A DNA stretch of 64,000 nucleotides, taken from Lepidodermella squamata. Its lineage: Eukaryota; Animalia; Gastrotricha. Each line of letters starts with the position of its first letter. Position 1 is the first letter of the stretch. The notes below the pieces were generated by a model. It was given only the letters and a program-made list of their open reading frames with translations. It did no database searches and was not told the DNA's origin. The position numbers and the translations under genes are program-made. Below are positions 36,414 to 48,100 of this stretch, piece after piece. Location: the NCBI GenBank assembly GCA_047495785.1, contig JBLDXI010000004.1:2294001-2358000 (forward strand), read 5' to 3'.

Positions 36414-37208
36414 AGATCAAATAATCGTTAAAAAAGAGAAGTTCTGCCACAGCTTTAGCAACAGTTCTTCATACAATTCGCTTTGCTTGCCGATCCTATG
36501 CACCCTTCATCGAAGAAATCGAGAGGCACAGGCATCAAGATCCGTAAAACGGTGCCGAAAATAACGCCTAGATCGAAAAAAATTTGCTTGGAGCACTCAA
36601 AATTATAGTCAAATATTTTTTAATTGGCAATGAAAGTTGCCAGGAACAATGGTCCGCGGTTTAGAAAAATTAATTCCGGATTATTTTATACCGGACCGAG
36701 TCCGGGATAGGACATATAAAGGAAATACTCACCGATATCTGGTCTCCATCCATCGAGATCGCGAGAGCAATGGGGCCCTGTTGATCCGGGTGTATTCCAC
36801 CCCGAGCGCTTCCTCAATTCTCAAGGATTACCCGACCTACGCGACAAGAAGCGACGCTGCGTTCCATCCCTTCGGCTTTGGCCCTCGAATTTTTGTTGGA
36901 ATGAGATTTGCCTTGCTGCAGATGAAACTAGCTCTGATGAATCTTGTGCGTAAATATCGAATCGGAAAGTGTGCGAGAACTGGCGAGGATTTGATTTCGG
37001 AAGTTGATTTCGGCAATTTCTATTTCGCCGGTAGATAAAGCTTGTGAGCCGTTGAATCGCACAGCTTTCATTAGAATCAAAACTCGGTGCTCTAACATAT
37101 ATTAGTTCTTCGATGAAGGATGCATAGGATCGGCAAGCAAAGCGAATTGTATGTAGACTGCTGCTAAATCTGTGGCAGAACTCCTCTTTTTTAACGATTA
37201 TTTGATCT
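36414..37208. repeat. ~104-bp imperfect inverted repeats flanking a P450 fragment
   Basis: 36414-36517 versus 37106-37208 (AGATCAAATAATCGTTAAAAAAGAG...CTTCATCGAAGAA). Confidence 0.85.
36740..37000 (+). pseudogene. Cytochrome P450 C-terminal fragment (CYP3-clan-like)
   Basis: SIHRD, QWGPVDPGVFHPERF (PERF motif), PFGFGPRIFVGMRFALLQMKLAL (heme motif with Cys replaced by Phe); frameshifts. Confidence 0.85.
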
Positions 37209-38777
37209 CGTTTGATATCTTTAACAATATCTAGCTTCAATTTGATATCAAATTCATCAAATTCAGGTTTTGCAATTGCTTACGGCGAACCTTCGAAGAT
37301 CGAGTAAATCCTTAGGTAGAAAAAAGGAAAAAAATGAATAAAATGAAGAAGCTGGGAATAATGAAAAAATAAACACGTGTTTCTTTAATAAAAATAATGA
37401 AATTGCAAAGGAAAAAAGGTGTAGCATTATCTGGGGTAGATTTTTGCGCTGATTTCAAATCTGAACTCAGAATTAATCTGTGAGTCAGTAGCATCTACTG
37501 AATATCAGGGCTCCATTGAAATACATACCATAATATCATGGTTTCGATCCCGTTCGAGGAAGCGTGCCGTTGAACCAGTTGGAGCCAGGAACGAAGGCTG
37601 ATGGAATGGCACGGAATCCAAGACAAATACAGCCCCGTTGTGGCCATTTCCAGGAGGATTGCTGACCGATTTTCTCAACATTGATGACGACTGCTGCTCG
37701 GATATCGCGATTGTCGCGGTGGAGTTCGACATAGGAGCTAACTACTGCTCGCTTTTCACGGAATTGTGGCCGAATTGCTGCTCGATTTTGTCGAAATTGG
37801 GGAGGAATGCTGCTCATTTTTCTTGGTATCACGGGCGAATGCTGCCAGATTTTCGAGCTTTTCCATGGGATTGTTTAATTTTGAATAATAAAACTATTTT
37901 AGATTCCTCGGGTTTCTCGGGTTTCATGAGTTTTATGGGTCTGAACAATGGACAACTGTCAAATATGTGCTCCTCCTTGAACAAATCAAGTGTCCAATAT
38001 TTACTTATAGACCTAACATATACTTTGCCTAGGGGTGAGTATGTAGGGAGTGGCCCACCCTAAAACCCAACTTCCTAACGATGATAGATAGAAAGGTGCG
38101 GTTTTCACCATTGTAATAAGCGTCTTACAAGTTTCTTTAATAAGCGTATCAAAAATAGGCAGAGCAGAGTGTTATTTGTATCATTCAATCTACATAATGC
38201 CGTTGTTCCGCTTTACCGACACGGTGCGCGATTAAGCGTTTCCGCCGCGCCGCGCTGTTACGCAACCACGCGTGATATCCCCTTGTTCAAGGTGTCAAAC
38301 TGTTGCCAGATGTCACGGCTGTCACGTGCTAAAATTGGAGAGTACACGACCAACACACGTGAGAGTACACGCTCAACGTCGGATAATCACTTTTTTGTTC
38401 CAACTTGCCACCATTTACCCTAATTCTCGGGGGTATCTGAATTCCTCATCAACAATTCCATGATTCTAAGCCGAGACTATGCGCACGCAGATATTTGGAT
38501 CCGGGGCCGTACCCGGTCCGAACTGGGCTAAAACCGGCCGGGACAACTCTGTGTGTACATAATGGTACCAAAACTCTGAGTCACGCCAGGAAGCGCTACA
38601 GCTTGCGAGAACAAGCGTCTTGACCACTGTTGCATGGGTTTTAGTTTTTATTCTGGAGCATCGCCAATCGTCTTGGAAAAAAGACTGAAAACATGGTTTT
38701 GGTCGTCGGTCGTCGGCCGAATTGTGTTTCAACATTTTCAATACACATTTTATTACTGTAATTACCAATACCAATTA

Positions 38778-38962
38778 CTGTATTCCCTCGATAAAAGCAC
38801 AGGGTGTGGCGCCAGACCCGTTCTTTTATCAGGGTCGCTGTGCATTTATTACGAGAAAGCAAAAAATTGGCACCATCTGGGGCGCTAATTCCTTTTGATC
38901 GTAAACAGCCCTACATATAAGAAAATGCCTCTAGCCAGGGTGCTTTTATCGAGGGAGTACTG
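38778..38962. mobile_element. TA-flanked MITE (Tc1/pogo-like)
   Basis: TA-CTGTATTCCCTCGATAAAAGCAC ... GTGCTTTTATCGAGGGAGTACTG. Confidence 0.7.
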
Positions 38963-39132
38963 CATTCTCCCACTTTGGGGCATTTGTATAGTCTAGTTAA
39001 ATTAATGCAATTTGAGAAAAGAAGCTATGAAAAAGTCACACATATTTTCGGTTGAAGTCGTCATAATGCGGCATCACAGATGCTAAAACTGTTCTGATTA
39101 GGACAATAACCGAAAGCCGGGAGAAGACGTGC

Positions 39133-42100
39133 TTAGGGCCGTTCGCACATGGCGCTTCTTTGAAAAATGCACCCTCCCGACCTTAGTCCGTTCATACTCG
39201 CGAGAATACCTACATTGAGAAACATGCAGAATAGTTACACATCAAGCCCACTTGCCCCTTTTTCGTCGCTACTTACAATTGTACTGTTCGTCAGCAGACT
39301 GCGGAAGGCCGAGGAACGTGGCATTGGCCGGCTCGCCTGTGATCCAAGAGTAAGTTATTGGGTCAGCTCGTTTCGCGCCGATGAACACAGCATCATAGGT
39401 TGGTACAAGCGTTTTAGCGGCATTGAGCATCGCCTGATCCTTGATAACCGCCAGCGATTTTCCCATGCTATTGCAGGCTTTCACCGCATCATCTTGCGTG
39501 CCCTGTGCTGCTGTACGCACCAAGTTTGATGTCGTCTGAAAACCAACAATTGCATCTTGCATCAGAGGCATCAACACATGATATTGTCCTTTACTTACAT
39601 TTCCGCAAAGACCAAAGAAGGAACGTGAGCAAAGTACAGTCCCAATGCCACCCGAAAACACAGCCATGCCTAAGTCAAAGTAAGCGTACAGAAAAGCTAA
39701 AATGGTGAATTTATTGTGGTTTCGCTTTTTTTACGCTGTAATGGTAAAATGATTCACTGTTTCTCAGGAGACTTCGTAAACTTACATTCACCCACGTTAG
39801 GTTGGTACAATCCCCAGAATGGCGAATGGACTGAAATAAGACTGCCATCGTCCCATTTGAAATCAGCCACAATCCCAACGAATGTATCTAGCATGGATAA
39901 CATTAATGTCATACTCCATCCTCTTTAATGTTGTCAATATCTCGAGGTGTACAGGTCACGTTCCGTTAAGTAACAAAATCCCTGCCTTTTAAAAAAGCAA
40001 CATGCGCCTAGACCAATGTATTTAATGTTACTGGCAACCATCGCCGAGGCAATTATGGCAAAATGATAAGAAAAAATATACCGAAATAAACTACCGAAAA
40101 ATATAGCAAAGAAAGTGGTTCAAAAAGGATCGAGGTTACCTCACTTGTACGGTTTGCCGAAAATCCACAAAGCCAAATTGGCAATGAGACCGATTCTATC
40201 TGCTAAGTATGCCTACAATTATCCGCTTGCTAAATGGCTAGAAGAAAAGCTGCAACCCCTAGCAATAAATGATTATTCTATTAACAACATCCTTAATTTT
40301 GCCAGTGATGTCCGTAAATTGGAAATCAACGCTGAGGACGTTCTAGTTTCATATGACGTGTCGTCTTTATTTACGAATGTACCAGTCGATGAAACAATTA
40401 ATATTTTAGTAGATAGGGCCTTTCAAGACAACTGGTTCAATCAAGTTCATCAACTTCAACTAACGCGCGAAGGACTCCGAGAATTACTTCAATTAGCTGC
40501 AAAGAACCAACTATTCCAATTTGATGGTCAACTCTATGAGCAGATTGATGGTGTTGCTATGGGCTCCCCCCTTGGTCCTCTATTAGCGAATGTCTTCATG
40601 TCTGAAATCGAATCAAAACTAGCCAACGAAGAAAAACTGCCCTCCATCTACAAACGATATGTAGATGATACCTTTGTAGTCATGCCAAGCGTGAAAGCCG
40701 CAGAGGACTTATGTGAAACCTTGAATAACTGCCACCCAGCGATAAAATTTACTATGGAAATGAGTAATGATAAGGGACTGCCTTTTTGTGGAATGTTGCT
40801 TACTAAGTCTGGTAACTCTATTCGAACAAGCTGCTATACGAAGCCTACTGACACTGGTTTGTTGCTGCATTATGATAGCCATGTTGATCCTAGGTACAAA
40901 CGGAGCTTGATTAAGACTATGTTACACCGAGCATATCATCTATCATCAGACTGGTCACTTTTCGATATTGAAGTGAAGCGGCTACGGACTGTCTTTAAGA
41001 ACCTGAATTATCCGATGGAACAGTTTGATTTGATCGTGTCTAGATTTACTGAGCGAGCTGTAAATGGCGAATTCAATCAACCAAAAACGAAGGATGGAGA
41101 CCAGCCGATACGCATAGCTATGCCATATATTGATGAAAAAGCGTCACAAGTGGTTAAGAATCAACTCCGGGATCTTAGTAACAAAATAGAATTGCCTGTG
41201 GAACCGATATTCCTTAGCAAGAAAGTCATCGATAATTTCCGCCCAAAAGAGCCGAAGCCGCAAATCGTTAACCAGCAACGCGTTGTGTATCACTTTAAAT
41301 GTGATCAGTGCGAAACTGATTATGTTGGGATGACATCCAAACACTTACATCAACGCATTGAAGGTCATCGATACACGGATATAGGCAAACATATGGAGCA
41401 GCATGGCGTTGGGAAGAACGAACTTGATAAATACTTCAAAGTGCTGGCTAAAGGACAAACAAAATGGGATTGCCTTATTCTCGAAATGCTCTACATTCGT
41501 AAGCTTAAGCCTAATTTAAACAAACAAAACGACTCGATCAAAGCTAAGTTATTTACGGAGCCGATATTCCATGAGAAGTGCAAGAAGAAGATGAATAGCT
41601 AATCGGATCATAATTTCAATATGTTCTAAAAACATCAACCTTAATTATTATTGTAACTTAAAATTTCGATCTAATTTCTTAACTAATCCCTGAAGATGAT
41701 TTCTGCTAGAAATCGAAACGTCGGAATAAATGCGTTACGGTTTATAAACGATAAGAAAAAAGAAAACAAATATTTCTTCTTAACAGGGGTGTCATTTTTT
41801 ACTTATTTTTACGATGTCTGATTGCTCCGAAAATTTCGCGAAATTCAAAACAACTCTGATTAGCTCAAGTTTTATATCTGTATATCTTTTATATATTATA
41901 TATCGTAAGCGTCGCTGAATAACTCGGATTTAGGCTTGTTTACATCCTTTTCGGGGCGAGAGGTGACAAGTAAAAAGTCTATTGTTTTCGCTTCTTCATT
42001 CACGTTAAAAAACCGCTTTTTACTTGTCACTCGCCACTTTGAAACGGATGTAAACATGCCTAAATCCGAGTTATTCAAAGACGCTAACGATATGTCGTAG

Positions 42101-45100
42101 TTCATTAAGCAATCCCATCCAATAGGCTATTAACCCAGTCAAATAAGCAATTTCAACTCCTAATCGAATCTTATTATGAATCGAATATAAAAAAAACGGT
42201 TCTATTGAGCTAAACGTGCCTCTTTTGTTAATCGATTATCTTTTAACCTTGGGTATGATGCGCGAGATAAAATATTATTGCTTTCGCCTATTTTCAGTGG
42301 TAAGTTTTCCGTAAACCAAAAGTCGCGCTAAGGAATATCTTTGAAGGGACCAGACTGCCGTGAGATGCAATTTCGCAGCAGGCTATATACGGGCTAACTG
42401 CCCTTGAAATTTTGTTTCAATTTGATGCATTTCTGAGATAGCATCCTAATAATGCCTGGGTTGATTATTGGACTAGGTTGATAGTTGATAGCCTATGCAT
42501 GGGATTGCTTAATGAACTGCGACATATATATATATATATTATTATTTTATATAAAGCAAAAATCAAATAAGATCATCGTATTTTTCTCGGAATTTTTTCG
42601 GCTCAAGCTGAAAAAGTTTACCGTCCTGAAATACTTTTAAAATGGCGATTTTTCGTAAAAGTGACCAACTTTAGGACAATTTAAAAAAGGTACAAACAGG
42701 TTGTCTCATGAGACGGGACTCATTCTATAGAGGAGCGCTTCTAGTATTCCGGAATTTTCTTTTTGAAATTTGTGGGAAATGAAAGATTTTCTCTAGGAAT
42801 TTTAGAAAATAATTAGAAATCAGAAAAATTACAATTGGCGGATGGCGATGAGTGAATAAAAATGAAGGTCGCGTGCCCACTTTTTCACGTTTTGGTGTGA
42901 ATTTATTTACTAGAGGAAGATCGCTAGTTTCCGATCTGTATAGAGTTGTTTAAACGAATTAAACGTCAACTTTAATCGATAAGGTTGGGGTCTCCTGTGT
43001 TCTGAGGGGGATGGGAGCCACCTAGAGATCTAATGTTTGAAAAATTGTGAGTATGTGTGCAGATCGCGACCTTTGTACCTCGATATTTTGACACCATAAG
43101 AATATCGAGAGTTTCACATCCCAACTCCTAACCTGTATCCACGCTTTGTGGGCCTGCCATCTGCAAGACCTCAGCCAAGTCTTCCGGCGTGGAGAATGTC
43201 GCAAGGCGCCCACCCGCATTTTCACAGGCGGGTCTGTGAGTATAGAAGTCTGCTCGTCCTTTTGGAGAAAAGAAGTACTTGGGGGGTTTCATCGCATCAG
43301 CCAAGCAGCTTGCGTAGTTATCAGCAAATAATGAGGAGTTTGAGTACATTTTCATCTATTTATTCAGAAGTAGCACAGTGAAGATAGCGTCAAATTCATG
43401 CTTGTTACCTGGGTGGAACCATTCGGGCAGATGTTGTAACACTTCTTGCCATTAGGCGTGTTGCACTGAACAGCGTTCTAGAGAAAAATCATATCGAATC
43501 AAAAGCTCAATTTTAATATAGCCTTGGGTATATCATAGAAATTCCAATCCCACATTGAGAGTAATACGTGGTTAATCGCGTTGATAAGGCGATCGCATCA
43601 CGTTGAACTTCCAATGACTTCCAATTGATCGTTGCCATGACCCCGGCATGAAACATTTCCGTCGTGCGATCCACTGATAAATTATTTTTTATTTATTTAA
43701 AAATGACCACGCCACAGCCTCTTCACGGTTTTCATTTACCACGAGCATGCAATCCATATTTATCGTGGCAAATTATTGCGGCAAACACACCTTTGTTACT
43801 AAAAAATGTATGGATCGCACGACTGAACGTTTCATCCGGGAATCATAGCAACGATCGATTGACCAATAGGCGTGCGCGCCAGGACCGGACCTTTAAGTGG
43901 TTCCACAAACTAATCGGAACCTAATAGTCTGGCCTAACAGTCTGAACAGATTTCAAAAGCTATAGTTCAAAACAAAAATTAATATGAGTGAAAATACCTA
44001 ATCTACCGGGTATTCCGTTTTAATGACCCGTACCCGATATGGTAGCACACCCCAAATACGAAACCTTCCCGAGGGCCCCTAATTAAATTGACCGAATTTA
44101 TAGCTCATGGTATTATTTTTAAGGGTCTTTGAAAATCGTCACTCAGATTTGAGTAAACGTTACTCAGAAATAGGCAAACGTCACTCAGATGCGCATTACG
44201 TCACACGTGTTATGCAAGTGTGCACTCATTTTTTAAATCCAGCACTCAAACGTAGCGCGCGTCACTCATTTTAATACTTTTCCATCACTCATTTTGATAC
44301 TCTAACATCACTCATGCGTGTTGTCCATTATGTTAGCGATGGAGACTCCCCGGCTGCGACCGGCCATGCGACCGAAATGGAGAAAGAGGAAATGTATACA
44401 AATCTAGTTTTCACCAGGGCTCTCCGAAGAGGATGAGCTAAGGGATAGAAGGGACGTTATTCTTCCCTGATAAAGGTCGATACCAAACCGGAGGCCATGT
44501 CCGCAAATGAAATTGCCGCGCGGGCGGTGTTAAATTTGGGGATGATTGGTTAACTTAAGTTGTTGTTAAACAAATGAGTGACGGTCGGATTTGGTTTTGA
44601 GTGAAGAAATTAAAATTTGAGTGATTCTTTATAGCTGACAAGCGCTTTAATTCTGAGTGCAAGAATTTAACATGGAGTGACAGGGGCCACTGTTTGTGAG
44701 TGACGAAAATGTTAATCCTCTTATTTTTAATGTTGCATCTTTTAATCCAGCGGTTCCCAAACTTTTTGTCTCGTATGACACAGCAGTGTCCAGTGTCCTA
44801 TGAGAATGGCTCCTAGGACACATTGCTGAGGCTTGACGTTCAACCTAAATACTCACCCTTGTTAAGCAGTTGGCTTTGTTTCTATAGACGCCAGTTGAGA
44901 ATTGCGCGGTTTCATTAGCTAGGCATTTTGTGCTGTTCAATCGGCATGTAGTAAAGGCGCTAGTAGTGGCATCGAAGCAGCGAATGTGAGGCTTTACGGA
45001 ATCAGCTACCGCGCCTGCATAATTATGCAAGATGAAACATGGAATAGTGTTGACAAATGAGTTGAATGCTCCAGGACTGAAATCAGGTTACGATCATAAA

Positions 45101-48100
45101 TCCCGCAGCTGCCAGGGATCGAAAGCTGTTTTTCTGTATTCGCCAAATCAATTTGAAGATTTACCGCTAAAACACGCTCTGAAGCCTATCAAAATTGACG
45201 AAACAGCTGGTTAAATTATCATTTTTCTTGTCCGGTCTGGCGAGGAGGATGAACCCCCCCCCCCCCCCTCCCCTCCATCCCCCTTTGAGCATGTCAGACA
45301 TATGAGACCATTACAATTTCCCATTAACAATTTCTATTTTTCTAGATCCATTCTGCAATCCCCCATGACCCTGGGAACCAGTATTGTGACTACATCACTC
45401 TGGTATTCAAAATAACAGAATAGCACAGAAAATAGCAAACTTACTGCCAAAATTTTGAAGACACGCATCCAAGGTAGGGAAGCCAGTTCTTGTTTTCATC
45501 TATAGTAATAGAAGCGGTCATAAGGAGCACATTAGCAAGAGGAAATTACCGTTGTGTTGGGGCAAGCGAAACTGCTGGGGATGCAGGTGACGAATTGCTG
45601 GGCCGAATCGACACAGGAGTCAAACTTCTGTTTCTGTTCATCAGAGATCTGATGTTTAGTTCTTAAAGGTAAAGGTAATGAAGTTATTACCAGAAATTCG
45701 TTCAGATCCGTTGTACAATTGTACGTGTTAGCTTTCAGCGGAAGGAAGCCGTTGTAAGAGTTGCCGATCTAAGAATTTCAAGTTTAAGGCTCAAACAACG
45801 CAATAAGTAAGCCATAAAAACATTAGTGATATATGTCTTACCGTTTTAGGCGATCTTCCTAAAAGGCAATTGGGTTAACCCATGAGGCAATATGCCCAAG
45901 ATGGAGATATCAGATATCGCTAAGGACAATAATTGACAGTATCTAATAGAAACTCCGAATATTTCCTCATGTAGCCTAAAAAGGTTGCTCACTGATTAAA
46001 TTCCTAACTAAGTGGGTTGGTAGAGATATAATAAAGCTTTCCCGAAGTTCAACCAAAAACCGACTGATAGATCATAGTTGGCAGCTGAAACTTTTGCTGA
46101 ACCTTCCAGGTTCAAGATAATGATCTTAGTTCCGACTGATTAATTTCGTTTTCTGAATCAATTGATCAGTCTAAAAGTAAACTCAACCCCCTAGTTCACA
46201 GAAAAAGGATTTCATGGAGGTAGGAAGAGTCTCTAGCATCAACTTCTGTGGAAAAAAGGAATCCGAAAATTCAAGCAAGGTGAACCACATACTAGAACCG
46301 GGGAACCAGAATTGAACCTGCTGGGATTGACATCCTTTCAGAAAATTTACATTTGAGTATTATTTTAAATGTCAAGCCATTAACGCTGAAAAATGATAAT
46401 AAGTTGAGAAAAAATTGAAAATACAGGGACGTGCAATTATCGAGGGAGACAGCGAACGGGGGCTGTAAACGAGTCAGGGATTAAGTTTGAGCCAGTTGCC
46501 AGCCAGCTGGCGCTGAACAAACAGTAAACATGACAACGCGTCTTGATTTTTTATTATTTCGCCTCTTGACTCTTTTTATTCTGAGCGGAAAATCGCATCC
46601 ACGAAAATTGTTCACGTTACCTCGTGATTTTTAGTACTAAGGCATTCACGATAAATATCAACTGTTATCAAATATCATAAATATCAAATATCTCGGCAAC
46701 TGTTGGGACACCTGAATTCTCATTTTAAATTTAAAAATATTGGAATTTTCAAAAACTTTCAGAGTTAAATTTCATGATCTAGGCTACCAGCTATCAACAG
46801 AAATAACGACCGTATTTCATATGCAGAGGCGTAGGATCCCGGTAGAATAGTAATCATCGACAGGCAAATCAGCGGAGTGAAAGTCGGCCTAGTCGGAAAA
46901 TCGGCCAGAAGCTCCCGCCGCCCCTCCCCGGGATGTTACGATTTTCAAATTCAAATTCAAATAATTAAAATGGTTAAAATATTGCACGTAATCGCAAGGA
47001 TATTGAACAAATCAACGGTGAATAAGTAGAAGCCAGTTTCATGCTAGTCTTGTCGATGGATGATCCCATAAAATCGAGAGAATGTCATCCATATACGTTA
47101 AAATAAATCTATCTTTCAAAATTGAATTAAATTCCAAAACTAGGACTTTTTCGTGACAAGGACAATAAAGCTTCTGGTACCGAAGAGTTTCCCAAAATAA
47201 TTTGTAATATTTTTGATAATTTTTAAGAAGCCGCCTCTTTCTTTTATGAATTTCATCGAACTAATGGGATTGAGCGATCACAGATTTCGTAATTTCAAGT
47301 CATAAGACCGTCAAGAGGAAACACCGATTCGATAAGAAAATCGATTGAATGAATGAATTATGATCTTCCCAGGCTTGATCTGATTTCCATTCATATGGCC
47401 TAACAAGATCAGAGCAATTTTAAAAATCGGGCAGAAGCTCCCGCCTCCCCTCCTCGGGACGTTGCAATTTTCAAAGTCAAAATTAAATTATAAAAAGCTG
47501 TGAATGAACCGGGAAAATTGCCAGGGCGTTGAGCAAGTAAAGCGTAAAGTAGTGGCAGCCAGTTTCATGCTAGATCAGGCCTATTAACGAAAATCGGCTA
47601 ATAATTCCAATAACTAAGGACAACTGGAACGAATGACATCAGTCTAATTATGACAGTAAATCCATGTATCGAAATTGAAATAAAATGTGAAAACCAGGAC
47701 ATGATTCTTCATGATTACGCAACACCGGGAAAAAATTGGGAAAAAATGAAGTTTCAGTTTCCTAAAAAATCACGATTCGAATCCTAATTTGATCATGCTA
47801 ATAATGCTGTTAAATTTCAAGAGATTTTCTGGCCGGGAAAAAGCTAAATAGTGAAAAATCAGGGCAACGCCGATGGGTCAATTACTTGATCAGGAAATGA
47901 CCTCAGCAAAAATCTGTAAATCAAGGAGATCAAGGAGATGAAATGCTGATTTTCTCTGATAAACTGGCGTAATTTCTGATGCAAGTTTAACTATAAAAAA
48001 GCAAGACGACTCGCAGCACGACTTGAGTGGCACTAATCCACGCACTCTGTTGCATAATCAAAGTCATTTCAAAACCATAAGAACAGCTTAATGCACTGAT

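Larger units (their letters stand above)
40100..41760 (+). mobile_element. Penelope-like element within intron 9 of copy F, antisense to host
   Basis: RT/GIY-YIG ORF followed by a 3' region with a hammerhead motif and AATAAA; boundaries approximate. Confidence 0.88.

Noticed and set aside
37505-38063. Overlapping ORFs on both strands
   Set aside because: No recognisable motif or splice structure; short degenerate repeats suggest decayed repeat DNA.
44138-44705. CRISPR-like repeat/spacer pattern
   Set aside because: Repeat is only ~6 bp, arrays are mirrored, no cas genes, eukaryotic context; fits transposon subterminal repeats.
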